A stretch of 63,273 bases of DNA, filler included, from Folioceros fuciformis (lineage: Eukaryota), in the NCBI GenBank assembly GCA_049999805.1. It is 8 parts of 8 records of this genome, joined end to end, with 100 filler letters (N's around TTAATTAATTAA, not from the genome) between each part and the next. Parts side by side here need not be neighbours in the genome. Positions count along the whole stretch, not along the records: positions 47,031 to 52,908 come from JBNGIO010004669.1; positions 53,009 to 54,364 come from JBNGIO010004670.1; positions 54,465 to 58,163 come from JBNGIO010004671.1; positions 58,264 to 63,273 come from JBNGIO010004673.1; 4 more parts are not named here. One strand, 5' to 3'. Every line of letters begins with the position of its first letter. The first letter of the stretch is position 1. This document shows, one piece after another, positions 49,561 through 63,000 of the stretch. The notes under the pieces are model-generated. The model searched no databases and was not told where the DNA came from. It saw nothing but the letters and a program-made list of their open reading frames with translations. The position numbers and the translations under genes were made by a program.

Positions 49561-51404
49561 TCTGTGCAAATAGCCAGCACCACATACGGTTATGGACAAA
49601 AACTCGCAGCACACCAAATTGATGGCCACAAAGTTCAGGACAGTTGTTAGAAGTGGCATCTCATACAAAAACGTCACCACACATCCTCACGACATGTTCA
49701 AGTGATGTCCAGCTAGAGCAGTTGTCTGTATCAACTGACTGACCCTCAATCGTCCAACACACATTACTACATATGTCAGTGTCCCCATGAAAGTCCCGCA
49801 AGTGTTGATTCTGATCCCGGTGGTCAAACCTCCACAAATAGTGTTGGCAGTGCTCGTCACCGCCCTCACAGCTTTGTCCGTGGCTCAAGTCCCCCCCTTG
49901 CTCACAGCCTGCCCAGGCCAGGCCAGCGCTACAATCGAGGCTCAGCCTCCCGATCCAGGCACAGTGTCAAGATCCAGGCACAGCTTCGCGATGGAGGCGC
50001 AGTGTCACGATCCAGACACTACGTCGCGATCCCTAGCTCTTCAATCTTGAAAGTTAAACAAGAATGGTTCATTAGTTTGTGGCTCATTAGTTTGCATAGG
50101 TAGAAGCCATAGCAATCAGCAGATAAGAGAAAGATTATAAGAAAAAGGGGTTGGCAAGGTACAAGAAAGTGTGTGAAGGGTCGTAACCATTCGTAACCCT
50201 AAAAAAAAACTTAAAACAACGTTTCAACTTGACCTCTAACCCTAATTTAATTAATAAGTTAGGGCTGGACCCTTTAAATAATAAACCCATTATTTAATAA
50301 AAGTGGCAACTATGGCTTTGCGTGCGCATAGACGTCATCTCCCACACACGATCCGCATCTGCCACACACGATCTGCACTTGCCGGCTTCAGCTCAGGACT
50401 GAACAAGTTTGGATTCACCTGGGTGCCCCCTGCAGATTACAGACTATACAGTCACCTTCTTAGCTCCGTGAGTGGGCCTTCTACGCAGTCGGCTCAGCTC
50501 ATGGACAGCTTCAGCTTGCGCTCATTGAGTCCCTCCCTCCCGGGGCGCTCACGCACACGTCAGTCCATCGTTGTCCACCAGTCTGTTGCTCAACACCTCC
50601 ATGCATTGACGCTGCCCTGATGCCCGCGGCATGACACCACAGCTTGCAAGAATTCCCCTGGCGCTTGAGCTGAGTGTCTCAGCTCACTGTTCAGCACTGG
50701 CGCTGCTCTGATGCTCGCGACGGGACACCACAGCTTGCATGAATTCTCCGGGTGCTTGAGCTGAGTGTCTTAGCTCATCGTCCAGCGTTGTCGTCCACCG
50801 GCGTCGTGCTGATGCCCACGACGGAGCACCACAGTGCTTGTGAACTTGCTTGCCTGATCTCTGGGGTTTGTGAGCCAGATCTCGGTCCTGCAATCACAGC
50901 GGCTGGGTTTGCGAGTCGTAGTAAGTTCTCCACCTAGCCCCGGTGTGGCACGCTCAGATTGTTAGTCACACATGCTCACACCTTGATGCAACTCATCAAC
51001 GCTTTCATTCTGAATTTTGAGCAGTGGATTCACAAGCAGTTCCTTGGCCAGCCACCTTGAACGCAGGCTTAGGCTCAATGAGAGAACTTCTAACAACTAC
51101 GGGACTGAGCCTAGAAGTCAAGCACTTATCTATCACGAAGTCAAGCACTTATCTATCACGTTGCTCCTGGCCGTTGCCCTCAGTCCTCCTCTTCTCCATC
51201 GGCGCCATGCCGCCCACACTCAAAACCTCTTCACCATTTCGCACAATGATGTTTCTGAACCCTAAAAGCGTCACATGTTCCCTACCTAGCTATCCCTGAT
51301 CTACCTAATCATATAATCAGAATAATTACATACGATTAGCCTAATCATATCTATTTGATTAATTAGATACCCTAATTAATCAACATGGCTTGACACAACT
51401 GATA

Positions 51405-51727
51405 CAAGTGCAATATTTTAAGAGTGGGAAGTGTGAAATTGAATGGAGTTTTGGAGTTGGAAGGAAGAGATGGTACAACTGGAGCACATGAAAAATTGTG
51501 CGCCATGTCATTTACCTCATTTAAACCCAATAATTGATGTGCAAGCTTTTGTACCAAAGAAGGGATTTGCTTGCACAGGCTATGGAGACCCTGGAAAGGA
51601 TCATTGCATGTTGTTGTGTGATAGGTGCAATGATGGTTGGCATATTTTTTGTTTAGAGCCTCCATTAGAAGCAGTGGCTAATGGGCCATGGTTTTGTCCA
51701 ATGTGTGTGGCAGTTAATACGTTGTGA
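51405..51727 (+). pseudogene. Isolated PHD-finger coding remnant, probably the integrase C-terminal region of a retrotransposon
   Basis: MLLCDRCNDGWHIFCLEPPL...GPWFCPMC (PHD; first pair degraded to CTGY). Preceded in another frame by ILRVGSVKLNGVLELEGRDG. No introns, TE context. Confidence 0.6.
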
Positions 51728-51854
51728 AGAGCAGTGTGGTTAGCATGCATCGGAATGGGTTTAAGTGATGAATTTTGGGGCAAATTCTGTTAGTTTGTCT
51801 TGCCAACGAAAGATAATTAGCAGATTAAGGGAAGAAGGTGATGATGTCACGTCG

Positions 51855-52145
51855 AGGGTGGAGGAGTACAAAAAGCTACTCCTTTTGTCGATCTCGTATA
51901 TAGTAATCCACTGAAGAGTGGAAGGACGGCTAGTAGCCTTGGTGTGCACGATGGGGAGGAAGCACCCAAGGGGAGGCATCTATGAATTATAAACGTGATC
52001 ACTTACTCACATTGAGGGAGGAGGAGTAGAGAAAGCTACTCCTTTCATCGATCTCGTGTGTAGTAAACCACGGAAGAGTGGAAGGATGGCCAGTAGCCTT
52101 GGTGTGCATGATGGGGAGGAAGCACCCAAGGGGAGGCATCTATGT
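51855..52145. repeat. Direct repeat pair of ~130 bp followed by TG/TA microsatellite
   Basis: gagggtggaggagta...gggaggcatctatg at ~51855-51985 and ~52015-52145. Confidence 0.8.
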
Positions 52146-53008
52146 GCAGTGTTATTAGAGTGTGTGTATATTTCTATAGGGGCTGGCCACCTCATATATA
52201 TATATATATAGATACATATAGGTATATAAATGTAGGCTTACATGTTAGAGTTGAGGGAAGTTGGATGTAAGAAGTCAAGGTCTTTTAGAGCACGACAGCT
52301 GTCATGACTTGAAAAGTCTGCTAGAATACTGTATATGTGAAAACTTTGTGTGCAGGTCATTAATGCACAAGCTGTTAAGTTATAACAAATGGATGTGCAG
52401 TAAAGAGGAGGTTGATTCATTTTTGGTCAAATAAATAGCTAATGACTGAAAGTTATCGCAAAAGAGCAGTGAAGAGTTGCGAGCTGTTTTGGTAGTTAAT
52501 TTTTATGGGCAGTGAGTTCCTTCTCCACATCCAAGGCTGGGTGTACTTTGATCTCACCTCCTCGAGTTGTTTCTCGAACGTACCCACCTGCTCCGCGCTC
52601 TTGCTCTTTAGCTCCTCAAGCTCTTTCATGCAGCAATCGTGTTCCTCTTAGAGTTGGCCGGACTCCTCTTGGACTTCGGCGGTGTGCCCAACTGCCTGTT
52701 CTTTAAGGGCAATTAATTGAAGTACCAGTTTAGTCATCCACCTCCGGAGGGCGATGTTCTCGCCCCCCCTTGTAGCTACTTGTCTGAAGGACCAGGCCAG
52801 TCCTTCGGCTACGGTCGTCACAATCCCTTGTGTAGCTTGTGACGCTCCTTCTACGGTAGCCCTAGAGTAAAACCGGTAATTGGGAGGCATTCTGGCCCTC
52901 CAGCAGGANNNNNNNNNNNNNNNNNNNNNNNNNNNNNNNNNNNNNNNNNNNNTTAATTAATTAANNNNNNNNNNNNNNNNNNNNNNNNNNNNNNNNNNNN
53001 NNNNNNNN

Positions 53009-54363
53009 AATAGATCATCTTCGGTGCATCTTCTTCCGCATTAGCATTTCTAACTTGGTATCAGAGCCATGCTCTAAAAGCCTATGCTCATTTTAGTCTA
53101 GAAGATTCCGTGCACTAGTATGCTTAGGCAGCATGCTTGCTTGCCTTCGTAGTTTCTAGGCAGGAAGATCTCTAGGACAAGGAAGGTTTATAGTTCTAGC
53201 ATGTCTAGGTAATAGAGTGTCTAGGCTATACAAGCCATCAAACAAAAACAAAAAAAAGAGAAAATGAGCACATGGTTGGACCCCCATCTGAGTCCTGATC
53301 CAACCCACAGGCACTTAACAAAGGAGTTCTGACTGAAGGCGGGCTATTCGCAACCCCGTTCAAAATCTCCATATGTTTTGGTCATATAAAGCGTACTGCG
53401 TCCGATGTGGCTTAGGATGAAAGGGAGAGGCACCCACGCCTCTCCCCTCACCGTGCGCTCACCCTCAGCACGCGTTCTGTCCCCAAAATTATGGCGAGAT
53501 CCCGTCGATCCAGCAACCGGTCTTCTCGCCATTCTGAGGGGCGATTGCCCAGGCAAACTCGCCCTCCTCCTCTCCCTCGGACAGCCATCTTTGGATTAGG
53601 ATCAGCACCAAGATGGGTGTCGAATTCCCTGTTCATCTGCCCTCTTCTACCAGATCTGGTCTTGGTAAGGATGGACATGATAGCGGGATTTCGAGATTAG
53701 AGGCAGAGGAGAACAGAGGCTCTCATCTGCGGACATTCTGCACCAGCACCCCAAATCCTGGTCAGAATTCACGCCAGTACCGTCAGAATTCCTGTTTATC
53801 TGGCAGGCAGGGGGAGGCGCCCAGGCTCGCTTGCTCAGCACCAGGAAATTGCCGAGTCTGCGACCACATCCAGCATCTCAGCCCGTCCCCAGCCCTCGCT
53901 CCTCAGCGCGCCGGTGTTCACACACTCTCGGACGCGAGCGCGTGGCGAATCGGCGTGCCCGGCAAAACGGCACGGGCGCCTAGCCCGAATCGCCGTGTGC
54001 TCGGCGAAACGGCACGGGCGCCGCAGGTTTCTACGGGCTCCGGCCATGAAACGGCACGGGCATCGTTTGGTTTTTCGGGCTTAGTTAACGATATTCTTCC
54101 GTTAACTCAAGACCAAAAACACAAGGAGGAGATCCCCTTTTGTGCAGATTTTTCTACAGTTTTTTCTCATCCTTCAAGTGGAGAAGAGTTCTATTCTGCA
54201 CCTGTGAAGATAGAGCCCAACCCCGTGCCTCCTCGACATCGTGGTTTGGCGATGCGCGTCCATCCTCGACGGAAATCAATTGAAGACATTTATGCTTCGT
54301 GCAGCGATCCTCTCACGTCACTTGATCCCCCGGCTCGACGTGATAGACTACTCACTCTTTGGC
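53009..54363 (+). mobile_element. 5' portion of an LTR retrotransposon (LTR end, PBS, leader)
   Basis: Canonical tRNA-Met PBS tggtatcagagcc at 53056-53068; contig bounded by gaps. Confidence 0.6.
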
Positions 54364-54464
54364 ANNNNNNNNNNNNNNNNNNNNNNNNNNNNNNNNNNNN
54401 NNNNNNNNTTAATTAATTAANNNNNNNNNNNNNNNNNNNNNNNNNNNNNNNNNNNNNNNNNNNN

Positions 54465-57400
54465 TTGTGTCCCCCACGGACGTGTACCCCTCCGTGTTCG
54501 TTGGGGTCTCACCGAGGTAGACATCCCGGCTCCAGCTCAAACAAATCCTACCCTCCTTTGTCTTGGGGTCCCATTTAGGTGGTTTGAAAGCCACCTCCTT
54601 CCTCCCCCATGACAGCCTGCACCTCGATCCATACATCCAAGTCCTGCCCAACAAGATGTCGTAGCCTGGTGCCTTGTGCTGAATGACCACAAAATCGAGA
54701 AGGTAGGGAATGGTCCCTATGGTCGTGGTTACCCCTCTTAGCTCCCCCACTGGCTACATTCTAGACATATCGGCCAACCTCAAGACCTTGGTTGTGTGCT
54801 CGATCTCCAATCCGAGTTTCTTGGCGGTATCCTCCGTCATAATATTCACCCCTGAACCTGTATCCAGCGGCACCCTCTTAATCACACAGCCTGCAATTTC
54901 CACCTGCAGTTCAGCCGGTCCTTGGTCCACCATGGACACCATGTTGACCATGGGAGCCGACAACCTTGGCCCTGATTTAGGTAGCCTCTTCCTTCTCTTG
55001 GGTTGGGCCTCCTTCAACGCCTTCCGGACCTGCTATCGATATTTAGGGTTATCCTTCAGGAGCTGACCAAAGGTAACAGCAAATTGCTGGTCCATGATGG
55101 CTCCAGCCAAATCAAATGGCTTCTGGACAGCCCCATTGGTGCCTTTGGTCACCGCTGCCACCTCCCTAGGTGGCAGACTTGCAGCCACGGGTGCTGACTC
55201 CTTTGCTGCCCTATCCAGCTCCTCCTGGATCATGTCCAGCACCTCTCCCCTCACATCTGGAGGAAATTCCATGTTTCCCCCCTTTGCTAGGGCTGCTCCC
55301 TCTCCAGCCCTTGATTTTTCCTCCTTGGGGGTCTGCCCTTCCTGGTCTCCTTCCTCCCGACCTGATTCCTCCACATTTGGGGTGCCCTTCTCCTCCTCCA
55401 ATCCTGCAGCAGATTCCACTTCCTTCCCCTTCTTCTTGGCACCCTGTTGCCTTGGAGAGGGAGCTAAGGAGGGTACAGCCAGGGCATACAATAGTGAGGA
55501 GGAGGAGAGGGGCAAGCAACCAGCAGATCTTGGGGGAATCAATCACGTTGGAACAAGACCCTCAACTTTCAGCTATTGGGGGGAAACCTAATCCAGGGCA
55601 ACCTAATCCAAGTGTGCTCCTTGGTCTTCATCCTGGACTGGTGCAGGTGATTAGGAGTGCAGGGGCTGAAGGATTCAGCAACATCAGCCCAACTCCAGTT
55701 GCTGGAGCTGCTAGATCCGCAACTGTAGTGGTGAGTGCAAGCACCATGGCGGCCCCAGCTGTTGCAATGTCCACCAAGCAGTTGTACCCCTTGTATGGGG
55801 AGAAGAAGGGGTATGAGGACCCGGATGAATTTATGGAGAGGTTTGAGCAGCTGACCCTTGCTAACCAGGAATCAGCAAATGCACAGCGCATCCAATTGTT
55901 TTGTGGTGTACTGCGTGGAGGGCCTGCCAAGTGGTACAGGAGGGAGTACCTCAAGGCCGGCACATTTCCAGCAACTTTTGATGTGTTGAAGAGGGCCTTT
56001 TGTGAGCGGTTCAGGGGGATAGACGTAGAGGGCTACATGCTGTCCAAGCTGGAGGCCTTGAGGAGGAGGAAGAAGGAGACCTTGCAGGCCTATGTGGAGA
56101 GGTTCCACAGCCTACAGGATTGCTGTGGACCTCATTCAGACTTACAAGCCATTAGGTGGTTCGCTGGAGGCTTAGGATCGAGGATGGGAGGCCATGTGAA
56201 ATTGTTCACAGAAAAAGATGTGGACAAGGCTATAAGGGCAGCCCTCAATTATGAGGAGTCTCATCCGTGGGGCAAAGGGAGATCCAAGAAGGAAAAGGAG
56301 AGAGTGAGGGAGAAGGACAAGAAGCAGAACAGGCCTAGGAAGGGGAAGACGAAGAGGGAGTCATCTTCCTTGGATGAAGATTCCTCCGAGGACTGCGATT
56401 CTTCAGAAGAATCAGCAGCAGAGACCTCTTCATCGTTAGCAGGGGACAGCCTAGAGGAGGAGTCCTCGGAGGACGAGGCTATCAAGAAAAGACTGAAGAA
56501 GAAGGAGCAAGAGGTGGCTAGGCGGAAGAAGGAAGCAAAGAAGGCAAAGGATCTGGCCAAGGCCAAGCAAGAGGTGGCTAGTGCCAAGAGGGAGGTGGAG
56601 CAGCTCAAGAAAGAGGCTGAGGCTGCAGCCAAGAAAGTGGAGCAGCAGGAGTCTAAGATGGAGGAGATGATGAGCAAGTTTGAGAAGTTTCACCTCCATG
56701 CTGTCAAGGAACATAAGAGAAGGAGGGTTGCAACTAGTGGCAGGGCTAACTTGTTTTGCTCCATTTGTGGTGAGCAACGCCACACCAAGACCCATTGTCA
56801 AGGGGCCAAGGTGCATTTGCTGGCCTGTGAAGGGGAAGAAGAGGAGTGACCGGTGGAGGACTTCTACCAAATTCAGGAGTTTTCCCAAGGGCAGCAATAT
56901 TCCAAGACAGCCCATCCTTCCATTCTTTGAAATCCTATGGGCACGGGTGGTCGTAGCAACCAGGTGGGAAGAGTTGCTGGTCAAGCAGCGGGGGTTGTCC
57001 AATGCTATAATTGTCGGGGGTTTGGACACTATGCCAACAGCTGTCCATCAGCAACTAGGCAGGCCAATGGAGACTACGGTAGGTTGTGCCAGGACTGCAA
57101 ACAGCAGGGGCACGTGGCGGGCAGCGTGCTTTGTCAGAACCCTAGGAAGAGCGTGAGGATTGCCTAGCCAGCGGTGACAGGGGTGCTGCAAGCAGCACCT
57201 CAAGGGGCTGCAATGGCCATGCACCTGGAGGACGCCCTCATGGTTGTTTGGGAGGAGGCCGAGGCCAAGGTGCTTAAGGGGCTAGAAGGGCTGGACAACA
57301 CTAAGGAGGGTTACTATGGGGAGGCTGCAGCCATGGCGGTATGTACCCGGGGCATCCATCAACCCTGCCACATTCCCCTATCTAGGTCAGTCCTCTCCAA

Positions 57401-58162
57401 ACCTTGACAGCAATGTCACTCCCCGGAAGCGGCGCCAAAATGTGGAGTGATTTCTTGCACCCAAGAACCACCAAAGGACCACACATCCCCTTATTATCGT
57501 TGCAGTACTATGATTCACTCCCAAGGGAGTGAACTAGTGTCAAGGTTTTCTACAATCTTCCCACACTACCCTAATCTAACCCTATTTATCAGCCGGCTCC
57601 TAGCCCTAGCCTCACTACAGCAAAAAAAAATCAGAATCCTTAGCCATGTCTTCAACCCCAACCACAGCTCCAGCTGAATGAGAACTCCAGCATCATCTTC
57701 AGCTCCCACCTACAGCTCCAAGTATCAGCCGCCTCAGCAACTGAGAGGAGGTCCCAACCCTAGCCTTAGCCTCAACTCTCAGCCCTAAATGCTAGCCACC
57801 TCAGCAGCTGATTGAGAACTTTAGCACCTAATCTCCTCACCTCAGCACTTCAAATCTCTACTCCAGCACTTCAGCTTTTCAACCCTTCATCCCTTCATCC
57901 CTTCACCCTCACGGTTCACTCCTAGATTTTGGAACACAACAACCCCTCACTTGCAGTCCTTGAGGCAGGGATGTGCAGACCTAGGCTGCATAGCCTCCTT
58001 GGCTCATAGCCTTGCAATCCGTCACCTTGGAAACCCCTTAGGGACGTCAAGGTACCCCAACCACCCAACCAGCATGCAAGAAAGGTCAACCCTTGCGGAT
58101 CTGGCCATCCAGATCTCAGCAATTTTGGGAGCCGCCACGTTCCCCTAGTGGCATGGGGAATC
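54465..58162 (-). mobile_element. Athila/Tat-like Gypsy element (partial LTR, PBS, gag, protease) with internally inverted gag
   Basis: Minus-strand LTR end ...ctccaCA (~57441) and PBS tggcgccgcttccgggga (57437-57420). gag on the plus strand at 55452-57350. Protease PLDTGSGVNIM...YDILLGRTW on the minus strand at 54465-55017. Confidence 0.8.
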
Positions 58163-58263
58163 ANNNNNNNNNNNNNNNNNNNNNNNNNNNNNNNNNNNNN
58201 NNNNNNNTTAATTAATTAANNNNNNNNNNNNNNNNNNNNNNNNNNNNNNNNNNNNNNNNNNNN

Positions 58264-58625
58264 CAATCCTAGAGAGGTGGCTGCACTCACGGAAAACAAG
58301 TTCTTCCCCAAGCCTGGTACGTATAGCACCCTTTTCAACATCCCACGCACTACTCCGTTAGGTGTGGTCATATCCATTGCCACAACACCTTCCCCCTCAC
58401 ACATTTGGATTGAATTATCACCCAAATAGATCTTGGTAGCAGCAATGGACTTGAAAGATTGGAACCACTCACGCCTATTGGTCATGTGCTCCGTAGCTCC
58501 CGAATCAATGTACCATTCTTCGACTTGCTTGGAGGGATGATGTGTGCACACAAAAGCTTCCTCATACTCTTCCACGAAGTTTCCTTGACTCTTTGTCTTC
58601 TCATCTCGATCTCACTTGCAATTAC
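58264..58625 (-). mobile_element. Copia protease fragment
   Basis: WYIDSGATEHM...VLYVPGLGKNLFSVS. Confidence 0.8.
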
Positions 58626-60043
58626 TGTGGCAAGGTTGGACATTTTGCAAGGAATTGCAACTTATGAGAAGTTGAAAAAGCTGTTCTATTGGCAAGGAAT
58701 GGATCAAGATACATTGGATTATATCAAGGCATGTGCTATTTGTCAATAGGATAAGGTTGAGCAGGCTAAGCCGAGAGGTTTGTTATAGCCCCTACCTATC
58801 CCAAGAGGGCCATGGAAAAGCATTTTTATGGACTTCATCATGCAATTGCCTCCTAATAATGGATTTACAACTATCATAATAGTAGTGGACAGATTCACCA
58901 AGCAAGTACACTTCATCCCCACTAAGAAGAGTGATCGCTTCTGAGGTAGCAAAATTGTTTAAAAAGTATGTGTACAAATATCATGGCTTGCTCCTGCAGA
59001 TTGCAGATAAAGATCCAAGATTTATAGGGGAGTTTTGGTAGCACTTGATGAGGAGTTTGAATGTGCAGCTACGCATGAGTACTGCACACTATCCAGACTG
59101 ATGAATTAACTAAGCGAGTTAACTGAATCCAAGAAGAATATTTGAGGCATGTTGTGAAGATTGATTAGAGAGATTAGGTTGATCATCTTGATGATGCGGA
59201 GTTTTGTTACAAGAACATAGTACATAGCTCCCTGGAATGTAGTACCTTTGAGATGAGTGGAAATTCAGCTTTGGATGTAGTATCCATGTTAAATGTTGAA
59301 GTTTTCGACACTACCAGTGCAAATCCAAGCAAATTCATTGAGCAGTTGAAGGCTAGGCATGAGGTTGCCAGAAAAATATTAGCCAAGGCTCAAGCAAGTT
59401 AGAACAGATATGCTGGTAAGTACAGGAGAGAAATTGTCTTCCATGTTGGGGATAAGGTTTGGGTAAAATTAAAGCATTTCACACTACCCTAAGGATTGTC
59501 TCTGAAGTTGAGATCGAAGTATGGAGGTCCATATGTTGTCTTGAAGCGCATTAGAGAAGTAGCTTACAAGTTAGATTTGCCTTAGATTTTTGCACACAAC
59601 TTGTTTCATGTGCCTATGTTGAAACCATTTGTGCCAAGCGAAGAGAAGAAGGAAGTGGACAAGAAGAGGTACACTATCTTGGTTCAGCATAATCAAGGAT
59701 TGTGGGAGATTGAGGAATTCCTTGCAAAGGTAGCATGGCTACGAAACGTGGAACTCTACCACAATGCATGGTAAAGTTGCATAGGATCCTTGCAAGAGGA
59801 TATCCAGAGAGGCTCATGGATGATTGCTCATTACACTGGTTATCAATGAGGGCAGTGATTCTTTCCTAGTAGGGGAGGAAGTAACAAAGCTAGTTTGAGA
59901 GCCAAGCAAGAAAGCTTCATGCAAAAGCATGTTTAGCAGAGTAGCTTACTAAGAGCATGATCAACATGCAGCCCTAGGAAGTGTGTACTAGTAAATAATA
60001 GCTTAAACCTTAAGTAAGTAGTTACTTAGTTAGTGACTAGAGC
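58626..60043 (+). mobile_element. Degenerate Gypsy (chromovirus-like) integrase, PPT and start of 3' LTR
   Basis: FYWQGM....YIKACAICQ zinc-binding motif, PWKSIFMDFI, VVDRFTK, GPY motif (KYGGPYVVLKRI), possible chromodomain trace (WEIEEFL). PPT aggggaggaa at 59871-59880. Many stops. Confidence 0.8.
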
Positions 60044-63000
60044 TTGTGTATAAAAAATGAAGGATCGCTAGAGGAGCCACATGGTGAAGGGGGAGAGGAG
60101 AAAGAGAGATCACACTCTTACACAGAGTCTCTATTGCAAGGGAGCTCAAGGGAGGTATTTATACCCTCTAAAAGAGCTCCCAAGGAAGCTTCACAAGAAG
60201 CGCACAGAAAGCTGCGCAAGAAGCTTCCTACATATTAGCTTAAGCTAATCTAAACTAATGATACTTAACTAGACACTAATCTTAGACTAAACACATTAGT
60301 CTAAGCACATTGGGCTTTAATAACCCTACAACCTCCGACTTAAAGGCCAATTTACCTTCATAGGAGAGTGGTCTACCTCATGCCCATGAGTGTCCGAGCT
60401 TGTGCAAATTGCTCCGAAGAGAGCCCCTTGGTAAGAATATCTGCAGGGTTCTAACTAGTGTGAACTTTGACAAGCTGTACCCTCTTGGCTTCCAACACGT
60501 CTCGAATGAAGTGATACTTCACTTCCACATGCTTGGTCTTCGCATGAAACACTGGATTCTTCGCCAATTGGATAGCACTCTGGCTATCACAATGCAACAC
60601 TGGCAGCTCAACCTTGATCCCCAAATCTCCCACCAAACGAGCAAGCCACATGGCTTCGTTGCAAGCCTCAATCACTGCAACATACTCGGCCTCTGTGGTA
60701 GATAGTGTTATGCACAATTGCAAACGAGATAGCCATGAGACTACCTCTCCAGTGCACATGAAGACATACCCTGATATGAACCTCCTTTTGTCCATATCCC
60801 CTGCATAATCAACATCCGTATATCCCACGACAAATGCATCTTCACTACCAAAACATAAGCACAAAGCTTTCGTACCATTTAAGTACCTCATAACTCCTTT
60901 CACTGCCTCCCAATGCTTCCTGCCAGGGTTTGACATAAACCTACTAACCACTCGCACTGCAAAAGCAATGTCAGGACGTATAGCAATAATTGCATACATC
61001 AAACTCCCTACAGCTAATGAGTATGGAACCTTCTCCATTTCAGCTTTGTCCTCCGCAGAACTCGGGCAATCCTTGCTCAAAAGTTTCACAGATGGAGGCA
61101 ACGGAGTACTCAATACCTTCCCCTTCTCCATGTTGAAACGTTGAAGCACCATGTTAATGTATTCAGTCTGAGACAAATAAAGCAAATGCTTATGTCTGTC
61201 ACGATGAATACGCATGCCAAGAATATGGCTTGCCTCTCCAAGTCTATCATGTCAAAGCGACATTCAACTTTGACTTCAACGTTGAAATCTCATCACTACT
61301 ATTCCCAGCAATTAGCATGTCATCCACATAGAGGACCAAAATGAGCAAGCTTCCATCCTTAGCTTGCTTTGTATAGAGGTAATGATCCTCCTCACTACGT
61401 TTGTAGCCTTGAGAAAGCATAAATGAGTGGAACTTGTAATACCACTCCCTAGGTGCCTATTTCAAACCATAAAGGCTCTTCTTTAACCTGCACACCAGAT
61501 TCTCTTTGCCCTTCTCAATGAAACCCTCTGGTTGCTGCATGTATACCTCTTCCTAGAGATCACCATGCAGAAATGTTGACTTCACATCCATCTGAACAAG
61601 TTCCATATCGTTCCTCACAACCAGAGCAAGAACACATCACAAGGTGGTCATTTCAACAACTAGCGAGAAAATCTCATGAAAGTGAACACCTTGCTGTTGC
61701 TTAAAACCCTTAGCAACCAATCGTGCCTTGTACTTGGGTTTGCCATAATGGGGTATGTCCTTCATCTTATATACCCATTTGCATGGTAACGCCTTCTTGA
61801 CCCTAAGCAACCAAACCAACTCCCAAGTTTGGTTCTTATGGAGCGAATCTATCTGCGGTTGCATCGCCTTCTCCCACTTGTCCTTGTCAGTCACTGACAT
61901 GGCCTCTTGATAACAAGAGGGCTCCCCACAATCCATCAGCATGACACAATCGGGACATGCAACATACCTGTCAGGAGGACGTGAAATCCTTCCTGACCTA
62001 TAAAGCACAGGCGCCTCGATCAAAGCTGGTTGCACTCTCTCCTCTTGTAAAAGTGGAGGAACTTGTTTCTGCACATCACGTCGTTCAACTTGCGTGGGAT
62101 GATCAAGTCCATCTTCTTGGAAGACCACCCGTCGCACCTCCACAGTTGGAGTGGGCTTCTTATGCATCTTGGTCTCATTGAAGAACACGTCATTGCTGCG
62201 AACCACCCTCTTGGCCTCTGGATCCCATAGACGACATCCCATCTCACCAGATTCACCATAGCCAAGAAAAATACATTTCTTGGACTTGGGTGCCAACTTG
62301 TCCTGAAACTCCTTCGGAACATGGTAGTATGCCTCGCAGACAAACACTCGTAGATGCTTATATGATAGCTTCTTTCAAGACCACATCTCCTTTGAAACTT
62401 GCTCATCCACAGCCTTATTAGGAGATCTATTAATAAGATGCACCGCAATAACCACTGCTTCTGCCCAAAATCCGTTAGGCAATCCAGAGTTTGACAACAA
62501 ACTACGCATCCTCTCCTGGATGGTCATGTTCATCCGTTCAGCCACACCATTCTGGGGAGGAGTATACCGGGCAGTCAATTCTCTCTTGATTCCCTTGAAA
62601 TCACAAAATGACTAGAAAGCCTTTGAAACGTACTCTCCCCCATTGTTTGTCCTTAGACACTTCAATCGGAGGCCAGACTGATTCTCCACAAGGGTGACGA
62701 ATTTCTGAAACACTGTCAAAACATCATCCTTTTTCCTCAAAGGATAAAGCCACACCTTGCGTGAGAAATCATCTATGAAATTGACAAAATAGGATGCACC
62801 GCCTAACGATACAGTGGGCATAGGTCCACAAACGTCACTGTGAACCAATTCAAGAGGTTTACTTTTGTGTTTACCTCTTGCTCCATGTGGTGACTTCGTC
62901 TATTTCCCATACAAACAATGCTCACACACTGAGAAATCAGAGAAGTCAAAAGCAGGGACGTAACCAAAACGAGATAAGATCTTCATTCTTTTTTGAGACA

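Noticed and set aside
50190-50250. AACCCTAA telomere-like motifs
   Set aside because: Only isolated copies; not a telomeric array.
50615-50840. Degenerate ~90-bp tandem repeats in a GC-rich patch
   Set aside because: Real but uninformative; no coding or structural signal could be assigned.
18860-58219. Palindromic TTAATTAATTAA recurring seven times
   Set aside because: Always centred in N runs: an artificial six-frame-stop linker. Adjacency across these joins should not be trusted.
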